Positions 12,753 through 24,580 of a DNA stretch of 64,000 nucleotides are shown here, piece after piece. The notes under the pieces are model-generated. The model saw nothing but the letters and a program-made list of their open reading frames with translations. It was not told where the DNA came from and did no database searches. Position 1 is the stretch's first letter, and every line of letters begins with the position of its first letter. Location: positions 1,861,238-1,925,237 of the forward strand of contig NMRA01000011.1 of the NCBI GenBank assembly GCA_002633005.1, read 5' to 3'. This DNA is from Phoronis australis (taxonomy: Eukaryota; Animalia; Phoronida). A program made the position numbers and the translations under genes.

Positions 12753-15269
12753 CTACAGAACAACTGGAAACAATCAAACGCATTCAGTTATGCTTGTTAG
12801 GCTAAATCTCACAAAGGAATCATGAAAAAACGATGAAATATAATTAATAATCAACCCAACAAATTATTCAAGGTCGTTATTATTCTAAAATTATTGACAT
12901 TATTCCGTAACGTGAACGACTATTTAGGCTAGTGCAGAGAAAAAAATGTGCGTTCACGATCTTTTTTGCGTTCACGATCGCCATAGAGAATTCACGACTT
13001 CGTTCCCGATCGCCGTCTCACACAAGGACCTGCTTGCATTGGTAAATATCTCGAATTATTTCACAAATTATAGCTAAAAAAGGTGTCACCAGGGACGATT
13101 AAACTATAAACGTCACACGTCTCTACTTAAGAACCCTGGAATTGCTACTAACAAGTACAAATTGTCGATTTTACGAGGCCCAAGGCATTTTACCGAAATT
13201 CATTGCTTTCTGAGCTCTTTATTTAGAAAAGGCAAAAACCAAGTATTATTTCAGATCCACAACAAAGGCTACACTGTGACACATATCTGTGTGTCGCATT
13301 TCTACCAAAATAGCCTCTGTTTAAGAACAAAATGACACTTAAACTCGCCGTGTACGTCACTGTTCGTCCGGCGCCTGCGTTTACCGTTTACACCTACTAG
13401 GTTTTGTGTTCAATATTAAGCGTGGAGAGAAACCGAACAAACGATGAAAACGTTAAAATTCAAACAGCCTCAGCATTTTACGCGTACCCGTTAGCCGGTC
13501 AGTATTCCGTGTACATCCATCGCATCCATTAACAAATTTCGAAACCACGTCTACTAGGCTGTGAGAGATCGTCACTTATTCTCCGCGTTAAATGTACTTT
13601 TATATTAGAAGTAAGTGGCAAAGATCTCAACTTTATTCCGATATTAAGTGCAGTGTCACAGATCAGATATAGGCCCACTCTTTTTTGCACAAAACTAACC
13701 GGGGCCAATGCCCGTCTTATTCATTCATCTTGGCGTTTGTTACGTGAGTCCTGGTGTGGAATTCTTTACCACAGAATGTTGAACATTTTCCACTTAGCGG
13801 AATCTTTACCACAGGGTGGAACTCTTAAACTCCTACCACATCCTCCACGCACGACAAAAAATCCTTTCACGTACACAAAACTGAGAGGCTTGTTACTCGT
13901 CTGTGAGTATTAGCGATACGCATGTGTGAATATGGTTCGGTTTTCATGCCAAGGGTTCTTGTTCTGGGTATTTCGTTGGAGTTGCGGGGCTCGACGCTAT
14001 CAACTTTGCAAGGTCCTATTTTGTGGCCTTCATGTAGCCAAAATCCCAGGTTGCATTTTCAAAATCCTGCTCTCATTCATAAAGGCTAGGCCGCAAAATG
14101 TTCCCCCTATTTGTACGCGCCAAAATTGATATTTTAGATCATCGAGAAAATGATTATTGTCTTACCAGCGGCGTTAAATACTCACAAACGCCAGTTCGCA
14201 AACTTGGGTTCTTATTTGCAGGTACGGCGTTACTGTTCTTCACGACTGCCATTGAAAGGCTGTTGAATCAGTGCTCTGTAACTTGCATGTGCTTTCAAGT
14301 AGCTAAGTTTGTAATGTGAAAAGGGGGCAAATACTTGTTGAAAATGTGTCCACGATTTTTCTAGGTCTGACCTGCTATGTGACTGTCATCAAAGTCGTTG
14401 AAGGTCCAAACTAACTCTGAGTGCAAACTACCTCCATTTTTTTTTTACAGCCCAAACTTTGCAACTTAAGTCGACGTTTGAAAAACATCATCTTGTCGAG
14501 GAAAATTTCTAGCCGAATGACGCATTCGGAAAAGCAGGAACAATAATTGCAAATTTCACAACAAAAATGTTGGACTTATGCTGTTTACGTACTCAACAAC
14601 TACATATAGTTTTCCACGAAATGAAAAGCCTCGAAATAATTCCCGACTCCGTGCGAGTTTCCATCGGGTAAATGGAGTGTGCTCGTTTATACCTTCTATG
14701 TACTGGAAAATTGGAGGTCAGTCACAAAACTGCATGCATGTCGCTAGTGTTACCTTTCTTTTGGAGATATAAAACAAAGCCTGGGTTTAGTTTTTACGTA
14801 TTGAGAAAAGGCGTTTTTTCGATTTGTTGTTGTGTAATATGAGAGTGACTCGCTATGTAGACTGCGTGTAATTTTCATATCACGCGCGGTCGTTTGTAGT
14901 GCTCTATGACGGGCACTAGCCTGAACTGTAGAAATTCTCGAAGTTCTCGCTTAGTAGAGAAGTACGCTCTTATTATGAAACGCTTCAAAGGCAGGGAGTA
15001 GTGGCATGTGCATGTTTGCGGTAATAAGATATGGAAAGACTGCAATAGTAAGAAATGTTATACTTCGATTTTGTGAAACAAACTCCATCTAGTAGAGTTG
15101 ACTTTCTTGCTATTGTTGCCACTTACACTGTAGCCTTTTTAGCCACCTGGAATAATATTGTTTTTAATTGCCTGCTTAAGCCGAAACAAGATTATTTATA
15201 CCACAATATTAGCCTCGAATGGCAGATACAACCGTGTAACAACCCATAAAGTTATCTCACTAGTGAGAA

Positions 15270-15342
15270 ACCGAGGCCGGATTCGAACCCGGGCCTCAAC
15301 AGTTTCGAGTCGCCGACTTTACCACTACAACACTACACCGGC
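15270..15342 (-). mobile_element. tRNA-derived SINE head
   Basis: Minus GCCGGTGTAGTGTTGTAGTGGTAAAG...GGGTTCGAATCCGGCC with A and B boxes; no clean cloverleaf. Confidence 0.65.
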
Positions 15343-15910
15343 TGACGTCATCGAACGTGAAAATAGAATACTTAAATGAGCACGCGCAACAATCGCATGT
15401 TCAGCAAAGGGCGTTGCACCGACAATTATACGCTATGAAAAATAAGACGCATAATTTCCATAAAAACGATATTTTAATTCAGTGAAATTTTTCTCTTGTG
15501 TTCTCTCACTTGTAATTCACCGATCTCCAATTTGAATGCAGGTGTCTTGTGGTTCTGGATCCTTTGACTTGAGCATTATAGTCAGTTACCAGTGCACCTA
15601 CTTTAGCAGACGATATATTCCCGGTCGAAGCTTAGCGTGATAAAATGTGTAGTAAGCTGTAACAGTTGCTAAACCTTAATTTATAGATTCACTTTATTTC
15701 TATTTTGTTTTATTTTTCAATTGGTTTTGAGTAAAAGCATTATTTTACAAAAATATCTCGGCTTTTCTTAAAAGGTCACGATCTCCGACCCCGGGCCTCT
15801 GACATAGAAAGTAGTTACAAAGCCGAGGCGAATCGAGAAAGGTAGACCGATTCATTGCAATGTTTCTCGTTCAGTATGTGGTATAAATAGATTATTACAT
15901 GTTTTCAGTT

Positions 15911-16027
15911 GTTATCCCCTTATCTAGAGCCCGAGTGGATTTTTGTAGAATTATCACCCGAGGGGGTAACGCCCCTCGGGCGATAATTCTCCAAAATCCA
16001 CTCGGGCTCTAGATAACGGGGGATAAC
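15911..16027. repeat. Near-perfect ~55-bp-arm palindrome
   Basis: GTTATCCCC.TTATCTAGAGCCCGAGTGGATTTT..AGAATTATC.CCCGAGGGG, short loop, then its reverse complement. Confidence 0.9.
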
Positions 16028-19000
16028 GACTTCGCCATGTAATAATCTATATTTCTATTGGAGTCTGAAATCAATACGGAGTGGTCCGGGAAGCAGAAAA
16101 AGTTGGCAGGGCGTGTAGAGATGATTAAAAAATTCACTAACCACAATTTTGCATCTACCCGAATAGTTGCAATAGTTGGATACACGCATGGAACATCGGG
16201 CCTATGGTACATCGACCCGGGGAAACATAACAACAGGAAAATTAAACTAAAACAGTAACTGAGGTTATTTTACATTGGGCAATCGTGTTTGATGTGTGGA
16301 TGAAAATTTTAGATACCTGGAGTTTTTTGGCAAAAAGGTCGTTTTTACGGTTCTTGTGAGGAAACAAATCCTGCTCTCGTCTCAGGATTATGACAGGGAC
16401 AGAACCTGGGGATTTTGACATTATGTAATCAAGTCCGAGATGCGAAATTCTCACTGCTTTGATGACAACTACTAGCAATGGTAGGCAACGCCGGTTTGCA
16501 GCTATCACAACGTTTTATTTATCACGCTTCACTGCCCTTTCAAGATTTACATATAAAGTTTGTGCTTCTCTCTTCACTCCTCTGCTAACCGTGTAATACG
16601 ATGCGGTTCAGCTGATTTATCAAATTTCATGTTTCAGAAACTGAAATTGTCCGAAGCGCTAAGTCTCTGGAAAATAAACCCAAAGAAGAAACACGAAGAG
16701 CAGTCGGTACCACACATGTACATGTACCTGTAAGCAGCACAGGTCAGTCTGGGCAGTGTTTTATCAAAATCTGCAAATGGTGATGGATTTCAATAAAAAT
16801 CAGTAGGGATGCTGTTCGTGATATGGCGATCACAAAAAATGATTTCGATAAAAAAGTATTCGGTATGCATGGCAATGCCAAAATGATGTAACATTAGTAT
16901 GTTCATGAAAAATGCTATAAACCATTAACCTTTTGACATTTTTGATACGTTTTCTCTGAATTGTAATAAAAGTAAAGATCTTCAAACCTACGGAAGGAAA
17001 TTCAAAATTTCTTGGAATTATTTTTATACGGTTTGAAAATTGGAACAGATAATTGGGAAAACCAATCACTTCTGAAATCTATTGGTCTATTTGCACCAAC
17101 GTATCTATTCAATGGCAGCAGATTTTGGTGTCCAACCATTATCGTTTTAGAACAACAAGCACGTGTACAGAGCAGCCATTGATGAACATTTCTGAGGCTG
17201 GTGTAAATAGACCAACATTTTAGGAAATGTTACCACAACATCACCTTGAAGCAGTTTTAGCAGGACATGTAAAACATGTCATAAACGATGGTAGAAATTT
17301 CACCCATAAAAGATTATCAGAGTGTCAAAATCCATTACTTCTTCATGGACTAACTGCTGATGACCTTTTCAAATGTTTACTTCTTCAGTACAGTACACAC
17401 TGTACTCTCTCAATTGTTGATGGTTGAAACCTAATTGCGATAACGGCAGGGAAATTTTGTGTTCATTTTTGTTAACTTAATTCAGAAGATGAAAAAGGAA
17501 ATGGCCCCTATGTGTAATGTTATATGTACGTTGCTCATTAAGCAATGGTCTTGATGATCATATAATATATCGTAACTAATGTAAGGTATTCGTAAGACAC
17601 TTGCGATGGAATATCTTCGCTTATGGAAGGTAACAGTGAGCTGTATTAGATCAACATTTCACCCTCTTCGATCAGTCACTTCAATAGTACATGTACCTTC
17701 ACTCCTACGCGTGGTTTTGTCATGTCTTGTGTGATTTGCTTTTGTCCAAGTGTCTTGCGTCAACAGAACGCATTTCCTAAGAGTTTGAGAGTAAATTTCA
17801 TCTCATCAGTTAGGTCTAGCTCTTGCATCATAGCACGGATGTGTGTTGTAATCAGTTTGATGAACGCAGCAATTGTAACTGGTTGAAAACTGTAACTACA
17901 GTGAGCAATTACGGCTACACCAGATCCCTAACAACCGTCCATGTCTACACATGCATACATGTACATGTAGGACCACATCTTTGTACACCACCACTTCTGT
18001 GTACGATTTTGCATAGGACTGATGCTTTGGGAGCGCTTTAAAATGGATTGTGTAACCGTCAGTTCGTAGCATTGAATCGTCGATGAGCTATTAAAGTAGA
18101 TCGCGTGTCAAAAAATACATGCGACACGCAGTGATTGGCCCTTGATATTTTAATTGAACGATAGCCGAAGGGGAAATCGGATACTCTACCTAACTCAAAC
18201 AACAAACTACGATTTTTGAACACTTGTCTACATTGTTGATTAGTCGCATATGCCAGTAGGTACGATCTTCGTATACAGCAATTGTTCCATAGTTTCACCA
18301 CTGATGTACTCCATCCCGCTGTTCGATCCCTGTGCCCTTGTAGAACTCCAGTTCCGTTGTACCTTCTGGCAGAGAAATAACTTCAATTGTGGAACGGGGA
18401 AACATACATGTACAGGCCCGGGAATACCTTTGCCGACCCGTCGGCTGCCTTCATAATACGAACGGAAACCCAGTGCCATAGCAATAAGAGAAAGGCCTAT
18501 GGAGGTCTTGAAAGGAAGTAATCGGGCATTGGCCTGCTTAAAACGTCAAATCGTTCTTAAGTCAAGGAGGCAAGAAAACTATCAACCACTTATGCTTTTT
18601 CCAGGTTGCACTGTAGACAAATTGGTGCTGTTCGAGCGAATTCTGTACCTGTGCTTTGTGGTCTTCTCCTTGGCTGAAATAGGTGTCGGTAAGAAAAATG
18701 TTTCGTAGACATTTTGTTTAGTCTTCTTAGTTTTAAATCCTGTCTTGTCTTACTTTGACTTTACAGTGTTTAGGCGTTTAAAAGTACACTAAGTGTCTTT
18801 TTTCGTAGCTTACTTACATGTAGTTCGGAGAAATCTCAAAAGTTCAACTCGGAACTTTTAGCCTTACTGTAAAATAGAATTAGACAGTTATTGGCACAAA
18901 TCAATATAGTCTCGGGCATAGAATAAATGGAGATTAAGACATGTCGGTACAGTTCCATTTGTTGAACATGCGGTTATTGAGTGTCCTCATTAAAGTGTAA

Positions 19001-19262
19001 TTTGCAAGGTCCAAGTATGTTAAATTGCAATAATATCTTCAAGGTATTGCTATTTGGATGTATTTTATTCAAATCATCGCATTATTGTGTCTTTAGTTAT
19101 TTAAAAAAAGCGAAAATAAGAAAATGCGCTAAAAGTTGACCTTTGACACCGTGACATGGTGTTGGGGAACACAAACCAGATCATATCCCACAATGCAGTT
19201 CACTGCTATTATATCACAGTACACGAAGAACAAAGACCGTTCAACCTTGGCGTGTTTTAGCC

Positions 19263-19508
19263 ATGGTGCATCGGTGTGTGTGTGCTAACTATTTTAACAC
19301 CACCCAGGTGGAAGGCATGAGCCCATTTAAATTCTAAAAAGACAAACATCTGGATGCGTAATGGCAGGTTTTCGTGTGCTCTGCTCGTCTTTTGAAAATG
19401 ACTGTCGAGTCAGCCATCTGTCGGAGCCGAAATATGCTCCGACCATTTTGAGGACGGCTGCTTTGACGACAAACACATCATGAAGGTTGAAGCTGGTCTT
19501 ATAAAAAG
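19263..19508 (+). pseudogene. THAP-domain first exon of Kolobok transposase
   Basis: MVHRCVCANYFNT..GMSPFKF*KD..WQVFV../EICSDHFEDGCFD; ends at donor GTAAGT (19509); stops and frameshift. Confidence 0.8.
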
Positions 19509-19948
19509 GTAAGTTACCTTGAGAATTTTGATGTCTAATAATTCATGACGCTTTCGCAGTGTCTGAACAATAACAATCTTTGTTCACAATCACCGTAGTT
19601 CTCAAGTGTTTAAAATCTGTTGTTTTTCCGTGAAAGATTTAGTTATAAATCGATCAGTAAAACTAAAAGCCACAACAAATAAAGCTGATCTCAAAAGATG
19701 CATGTATTTTGAAACGAATACAGACTATGAATAAAGTAAAACAGGACGGTAACTCAATTCCAAGGTTTTGATTATTAATTTAAAAGTAGTCTGTTTCAAA
19801 AAAAAAACAGGATTAAAATCTAGTTTTGGCATTTGCTTGAAGGTTATAAAAGAAGGTGAAAACTTGCAATTAGATATCATCGTGTTTTACTTTAATCATG
19901 GACAACTCTGGATTCAAAATTTTTTTTTTTTTACTTTTGAATTGCCGC

Positions 19949-20611
19949 NNNNNNNNNNNNNNNNNNNNNNNNNNNNNNNNNNNNNNNNNNNNNNNNNNNN
20001 NNNNNNNNNNNNNNNNNNNNNNNNNNNNNNNNNNNNNNNNNNNNNNNNNNNNNNNNNNNNNNNNNNNNNNNNNNNNNNNNNNNNNNNNNNNNNNNNNNNN
20101 NNNNNNNNNNNNNNNNNNNNNNNNNNNNNNNNNNNNNNNNNNNNNNNNNNNNNNNNNNNNNNNNNNNNNNNNNNNNNNNNNNNNNNNNNNNNNNNNNNNN
20201 NNNNNNNNNNNNNNNNNNNNNNNNNNNNNNNNNNNNNNNNNNNNNNNNNNNNNNNNNNNNNNNNNNNNNNNNNNNNNNNNNNNNNNNNNNNNNNNNNNNN
20301 NNNNNNNNNNNNNNNNNNNNNNNNNNNNNNNNNNNNNNNNNNNNNNNNNNNNNNNNNNNNNNNNNNNNNNNNNNNNNNNNNNNNNNNNNNNNNNNNNNNN
20401 NNNNNNNNNNNNNNNNNNNNNNNNNNNNNNNNNNNNNNNNNNNNNNNNNNNNNNNNNNNNNNNNNNNNNNNNNNNNNNNNNNNNNNNNNNNNNNNNNNNN
20501 NNNNNNNNNNNNNNNNNNNNNNNNNNNNNNNNNNNNNNNNNNNNNNNNNNNNNNNNNNNNNNNNNNNNNNNNNNNNNNNNNNNNNNNNNNNNNNNNNNNN
20601 NNNNNNNNNNN
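19949..20611. other. Assembly gap (N run)
   Basis: Run of N. Confidence 1.
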
Positions 20612-22372
20612 CCACGTGTCAGGGTCTGTCATAGCCATAAGGATATTGGCTTTTGTACTGCAACCATGCAGTCTCCAAAACACCACGATTGATGTATACA
20701 AGTTTAAACCCCCATGTTCCACAATACATTTTTTCTTCTGTGTAAGTTGTCACGCTTCATTTCTTCATCAAGTTTTGCAACAACCTTGTCAACCTCTTAG
20801 CAACATACTCTTTCTTCAACAACTGAGGTTGTCTGACAGTTGCCCCAGGTGCACCTGCAAGATGTGTCAACAATAATACATTATTTCAGTAAACATCAAA
20901 ATTTCGAATTGAAAATTTTACCAAGAGTGCCTCTACCAAATTGAGGGGTCTGCAAACGACTTCAGTTTTCAGGAAAATTGGTTGGAACATCACAACCTAT
21001 TTATTTTTTGTACAAATTGATCAGAAAAAGTAAAGATATTTACTTTTCATACAAATGAATAGTGTTACACCCAAGGCAGTGGTAGATCATGCCCGGGGGA
21101 TATAGTAATGGACATCAGTTGTTTGATTCTTTAGCTGACCCTAAGACAAAAGGTAGTTGCCCTGATTCATTGATGGAGGGGACTGTTTTGTATGTAGTCG
21201 TGAGACCTGTTCTCCCAATCTGAATCCTATCGACACTCACATACCATTAATCAAACTAGACAATGACAATGGGGCAAACCAACTTGAAAAGCAGTGTTGC
21301 CACTCAAAGGGTCGCCCATATTCTAAATATTACAGTATACACTAAAACTTCTTGATGTGCTATATGGGCAATCACCAATCCAATGGTATGCTCTCTTTAC
21401 TCTATAGAAACTTTACCAGGCGGTTCCTACCCAAGTCGACTCGTAACCAAATAATGGCAACATTGGGTCAATGTACATCGACATGAAATGGTTGTTTCCA
21501 TTTCAAGCATCGCCTTACAAAATAAAACTGCTTTGGAACACATGTGTAGATTGATATAGGTCCGAGTTGACTTGAGTATGAAAATGAAATGACTTAAAAC
21601 CTACAGAATTATGCCCTCCCCCAGCACCAAGATGAGAAAGTCTAAATTATAAAATTGCAATTCTTTCATCCTCTTCTTTACAATTCACAGTCGATTATTC
21701 CAAAGTGGTTCTCATTCATTCCCTTGCACACATTTATTCACTCACTAGTAACACCCCGCTCAGTCTCGGAGAAGTAAGAGACAATTTTGTTCAATGCTCA
21801 ATTGCATGCCAGTGAAAGCCAGGATTCGAACCTGAGTCTCACTAGCTCAAACCACTGAGCCACACTATCTACAAATAATCAGAGACCTAACACTTTTGAG
21901 TGATTTGCTATAATGCAAAAAATCCCAGTTTTATCACTGAAACAACTGGTATTTATCCACGGCTGAAACACGATTCACCAATGGGGATATGGGCGCCTGG
22001 GACTGACTGGTAAAGCACCTACTTTTGAATTAAAAAAGACCAAGTTATAATTCGGGGTTGTAGGATACATATTGATAATATGCTTACCAATCACTAACAT
22101 CTAATCGCAACTCCTGCGCACCTTCAGCCTGTTGACGTTCACAGGATTTACCCGCTGGGAGTGAGTCTTCGGCGACCAGAGAAAGGGCCGTGAAAGGGAT
22201 CGAGGGAGAACGGCTCCACTACAGAAAAGCTGTGAACACATATTGTTCCTCTGGGATCTGTCACCTCCACCTCCTCGTCCAAAGGGTCGGAATCATCTGA
22301 AAAGTCCACCTGTCCGTCCCTGTATCGTTCAAAGTATTCCACATCTACACTGCTGTACTCATTTGGACACAC
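20612..22372 (-). pseudogene. KolX (Cys-rich, P2X7-ballast-like) gene of Kolobok; exons ~22372-22088 and 20854-~20612
   Basis: Acidic N-terminus with VEPFSLDP; GT-AG splice joins RLDVSDW|CTWGNC..EERVCC*E../CIVEHGGLN../INRGVLETAWLQYK, the W-C-x-C-x2-C..E..CC.E..CI..H.G..VL..AW..Y pattern. Confidence 0.8.
21730..21868 (-). mobile_element. tRNA-derived SINE inserted in the KolX intron
   Basis: Minus GTGGCTCAGTGGTTTGAGC (A box) and GGTTCGAATCC (B box, 21822-21832). Confidence 0.65.
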
Positions 22373-23204
22373 ATTGCTTCCTTTGTGTTCCCCAACACCA
22401 CGTCACAGTTGTGTAACGAACGAAAATGGCGCCGTTTCTATTCTCCGTTACAACGATGGCGTTACAACACCACGGCACTAAATATGTAAATAACTTTGTA
22501 TAGCGGCGTACAATTCAGTTAATGTTAAGGATATAGCAACGATAATTATAAACTAGAATTTAGACCATATTGTTGTTCAGATTGGTTATGACCTTGCAAT
22601 TTCCTCTTTAAGTGTTCTTTATTCACGTTCAGTGACATCAGCTACCGTGTGGCTCAGCCCATAGACATCTCAATACTATAGACCGAGCGCGCGCGCTACT
22701 GCCGCTGAAAGTCTCCTGCACTTCCCTCGAGATTGGTTGGGGTCTGCTACAGCGCACCTTTCCATCTGCATTCTTGGAATATCATTGACTGTTCCGATTT
22801 CAAGAAACAAGTCATTCTATAGGTCAGTTGTACATGTATAATAGGTCAAACTAGTTCATCAACATGGTGACTTCCAGTGAAGGAATGTCAATGGATTTAC
22901 AACTGTTTGAATCTCTCTGATTTCATCAAACTCCCGCATTTTAAAGTTAACGAGTCAAGGAATACATCACCAGTAACGTATATGAAACACTTAATGACAA
23001 TTATTTGGTATAACTGTGCTGACTACTGAAGTTTTATGAACTTTTTTGAAATATTTTGTGGAAAAAATAGCCAGTACTAGGCCCAGGGCCAGTAGTAAGC
23101 CACCCATGTCAACAATCAATTATGTTAGGCTTAGCACTGAATAGAAGGAAAGGAGTAGCTGAGTGAGTCGCGGCCACGGGAGTTTGTCTTGATCTGAAAA
23201 ATCA

Positions 23205-23330
23205 AGTACAGGGTAGTTCAATTTCGAACCCAGTACCTCTTGCGTCAATACCAGGCGTCTTAACCAGTCGACCAAAGAACAAATGCCCGTAGGCGAGTGA
23301 TTAAGATACTCCTTTATATAACTACACCCA
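23205..23330 (-). mobile_element. tRNA-like Pol III/SINE head
   Basis: Minus TGGTCGACTGGTTAAGACGC...GGGTTCGAAAT with upstream TATATAAA. Confidence 0.5.
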
Positions 23331-24404
23331 CTGCAGATTCACCACAAAGCTCCCGTGAATACTGCGCAGGTTGAACTAGTGGATCAGAAAAGGATAGATG
23401 CTGAAATACTGCTATTCATTGCCATAATACACTGGCACACTTGTCACTAGTACATGTACTTTTTACAGTAGTTAGGAGCATAAAATACAGTCAATGGTCC
23501 TAAACACACGTTTTAACGCCTGCTATTCTGTGAAAAACACAGGTTCCTGTTATTCAGTGGAAAACACTTGTTCTCAAACTGCGGGGCCCTGTATGTGACT
23601 ATTACTATTATGTTTTGCTCAGGGTTTCCAGCAATATGTAAGTGTTTCATTCTTGTGGTAATGACCTACATAATAGAGCAGTGATTTTAGTCAACATTTC
23701 GGTCTTTTCGAACAGTTTTTCAAAATAACAAATTTGACTCTTATTGAGTGGGCCTCCTCGTGACAAGAGTTGGGCAGTGTGAAATGCTTCAGAATATTCG
23801 CACTGGCAAACACCCTCACTTTGACTCAAAATTAAAAACCATGACATCATTAATGTGTTTCTAGAAATATTACACTCCCAGGCTAAAAAACAAACAACAT
23901 GACAAGAAAGTTTTCTTACCATTAGGAACTTTATTTTGCTTAGGTACTGAAATGTGGTTTAGTTTGGGGATAGGCTTGAGTATAAGAAATGAGCAGTAAC
24001 ATAGCCGTGGGGCGAACAACAGGGCTACATGTACCCCCTCTTCGTTGTTGACCCTTCCAATGATAGAATCTCATTTCAGTTTTGTACTTGCCTAGCTCCC
24101 CTCTCCCTGTCCCCTGTTCATGCAGTGCCACCAGGTTGCCTCTCATTTCAGGCACAATCATTGGTCGCCAATAATTTCACATGTGGCAACCAGTGGTGTT
24201 TAGGGAATAGGTTATTGAGACCCTACTGCCATTCAAGTTGCACATTCACTGCCTTGTCAAAGCATAGATCATTATGAAAGTAACACCTGGTACCTCTGTT
24301 TCATCTTTTTACTCAAGATTATTTTTGTCATTTTCTATTCTACATTTGTTTGAACTCATGATAAATATCTTTTATTCTATATTTGAGTTCTTAATGATGG
24401 CACT

Positions 24405-24580
24405 TAATGATCCCATCGTTAGAGCTAAAAGTCCGAGTCTGCATGAGTTCGAGTTTTACTAGAAATTTTGAGTTTTTACTCAAATCTTAGCTCGAATCTA
24501 GTGATCATCTTGAATTTGCAAGAAATTCGACTGGAGGTGACAAAAACAATTTCGAGTTCAATTTGGATTGAATGCTTCAC
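24405..24580. repeat. Dispersed repeat rich in AACTCGAA/TTCGAGTT motifs, related to 44135-44510 (inverted)
   Basis: caatttcgagttcaattt at ~24546 versus aaatggaactcgaaattg at ~44151; repeated ctcga motifs at both loci. Confidence 0.45.

Larger units (their letters stand above)
10279..13400. mobile_element. Unclassified putative DNA element with inverted GATCGGGAACGCA motifs and convergent zinc-finger pseudo-exons
   Basis: gatcgggaacgca twice at 10842-10886 versus tgcgttcacgatc/cgttcccgatc at 12948-13011; decayed C2H2 fingers on both strands between them. Outer ends uncertain. Confidence 0.4.
18994..22607 (+). mobile_element. Kolobok DNA transposon (family 2) with both TIRs, TTAA TSDs, a THAP transposase exon and a convergent KolX gene; spans an assembly gap
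   Basis: TTAA|AGTGTAATTTGCAAGGTC (TTAA 18990-18993) versus GACCTTGCAATTTCCTCT|TTAA (22590-22611); THAP on plus, KolX on minus. Confidence 0.85.

Noticed and set aside
15270-15342. Functional tRNA gene (also 21815-21868 and 23205-23280)
   Set aside because: A and B boxes are present but acceptor and anticodon stems do not pair properly; better explained as SINE heads.
17050-18500. Short ORFs 17227-17427 and 18240-18479 as host exons
   Set aside because: No recognisable domain or consistent splice phases.
19768-20722. Long ORFs of 233-288 aa
   Set aside because: Artefacts of translating through the N gap.
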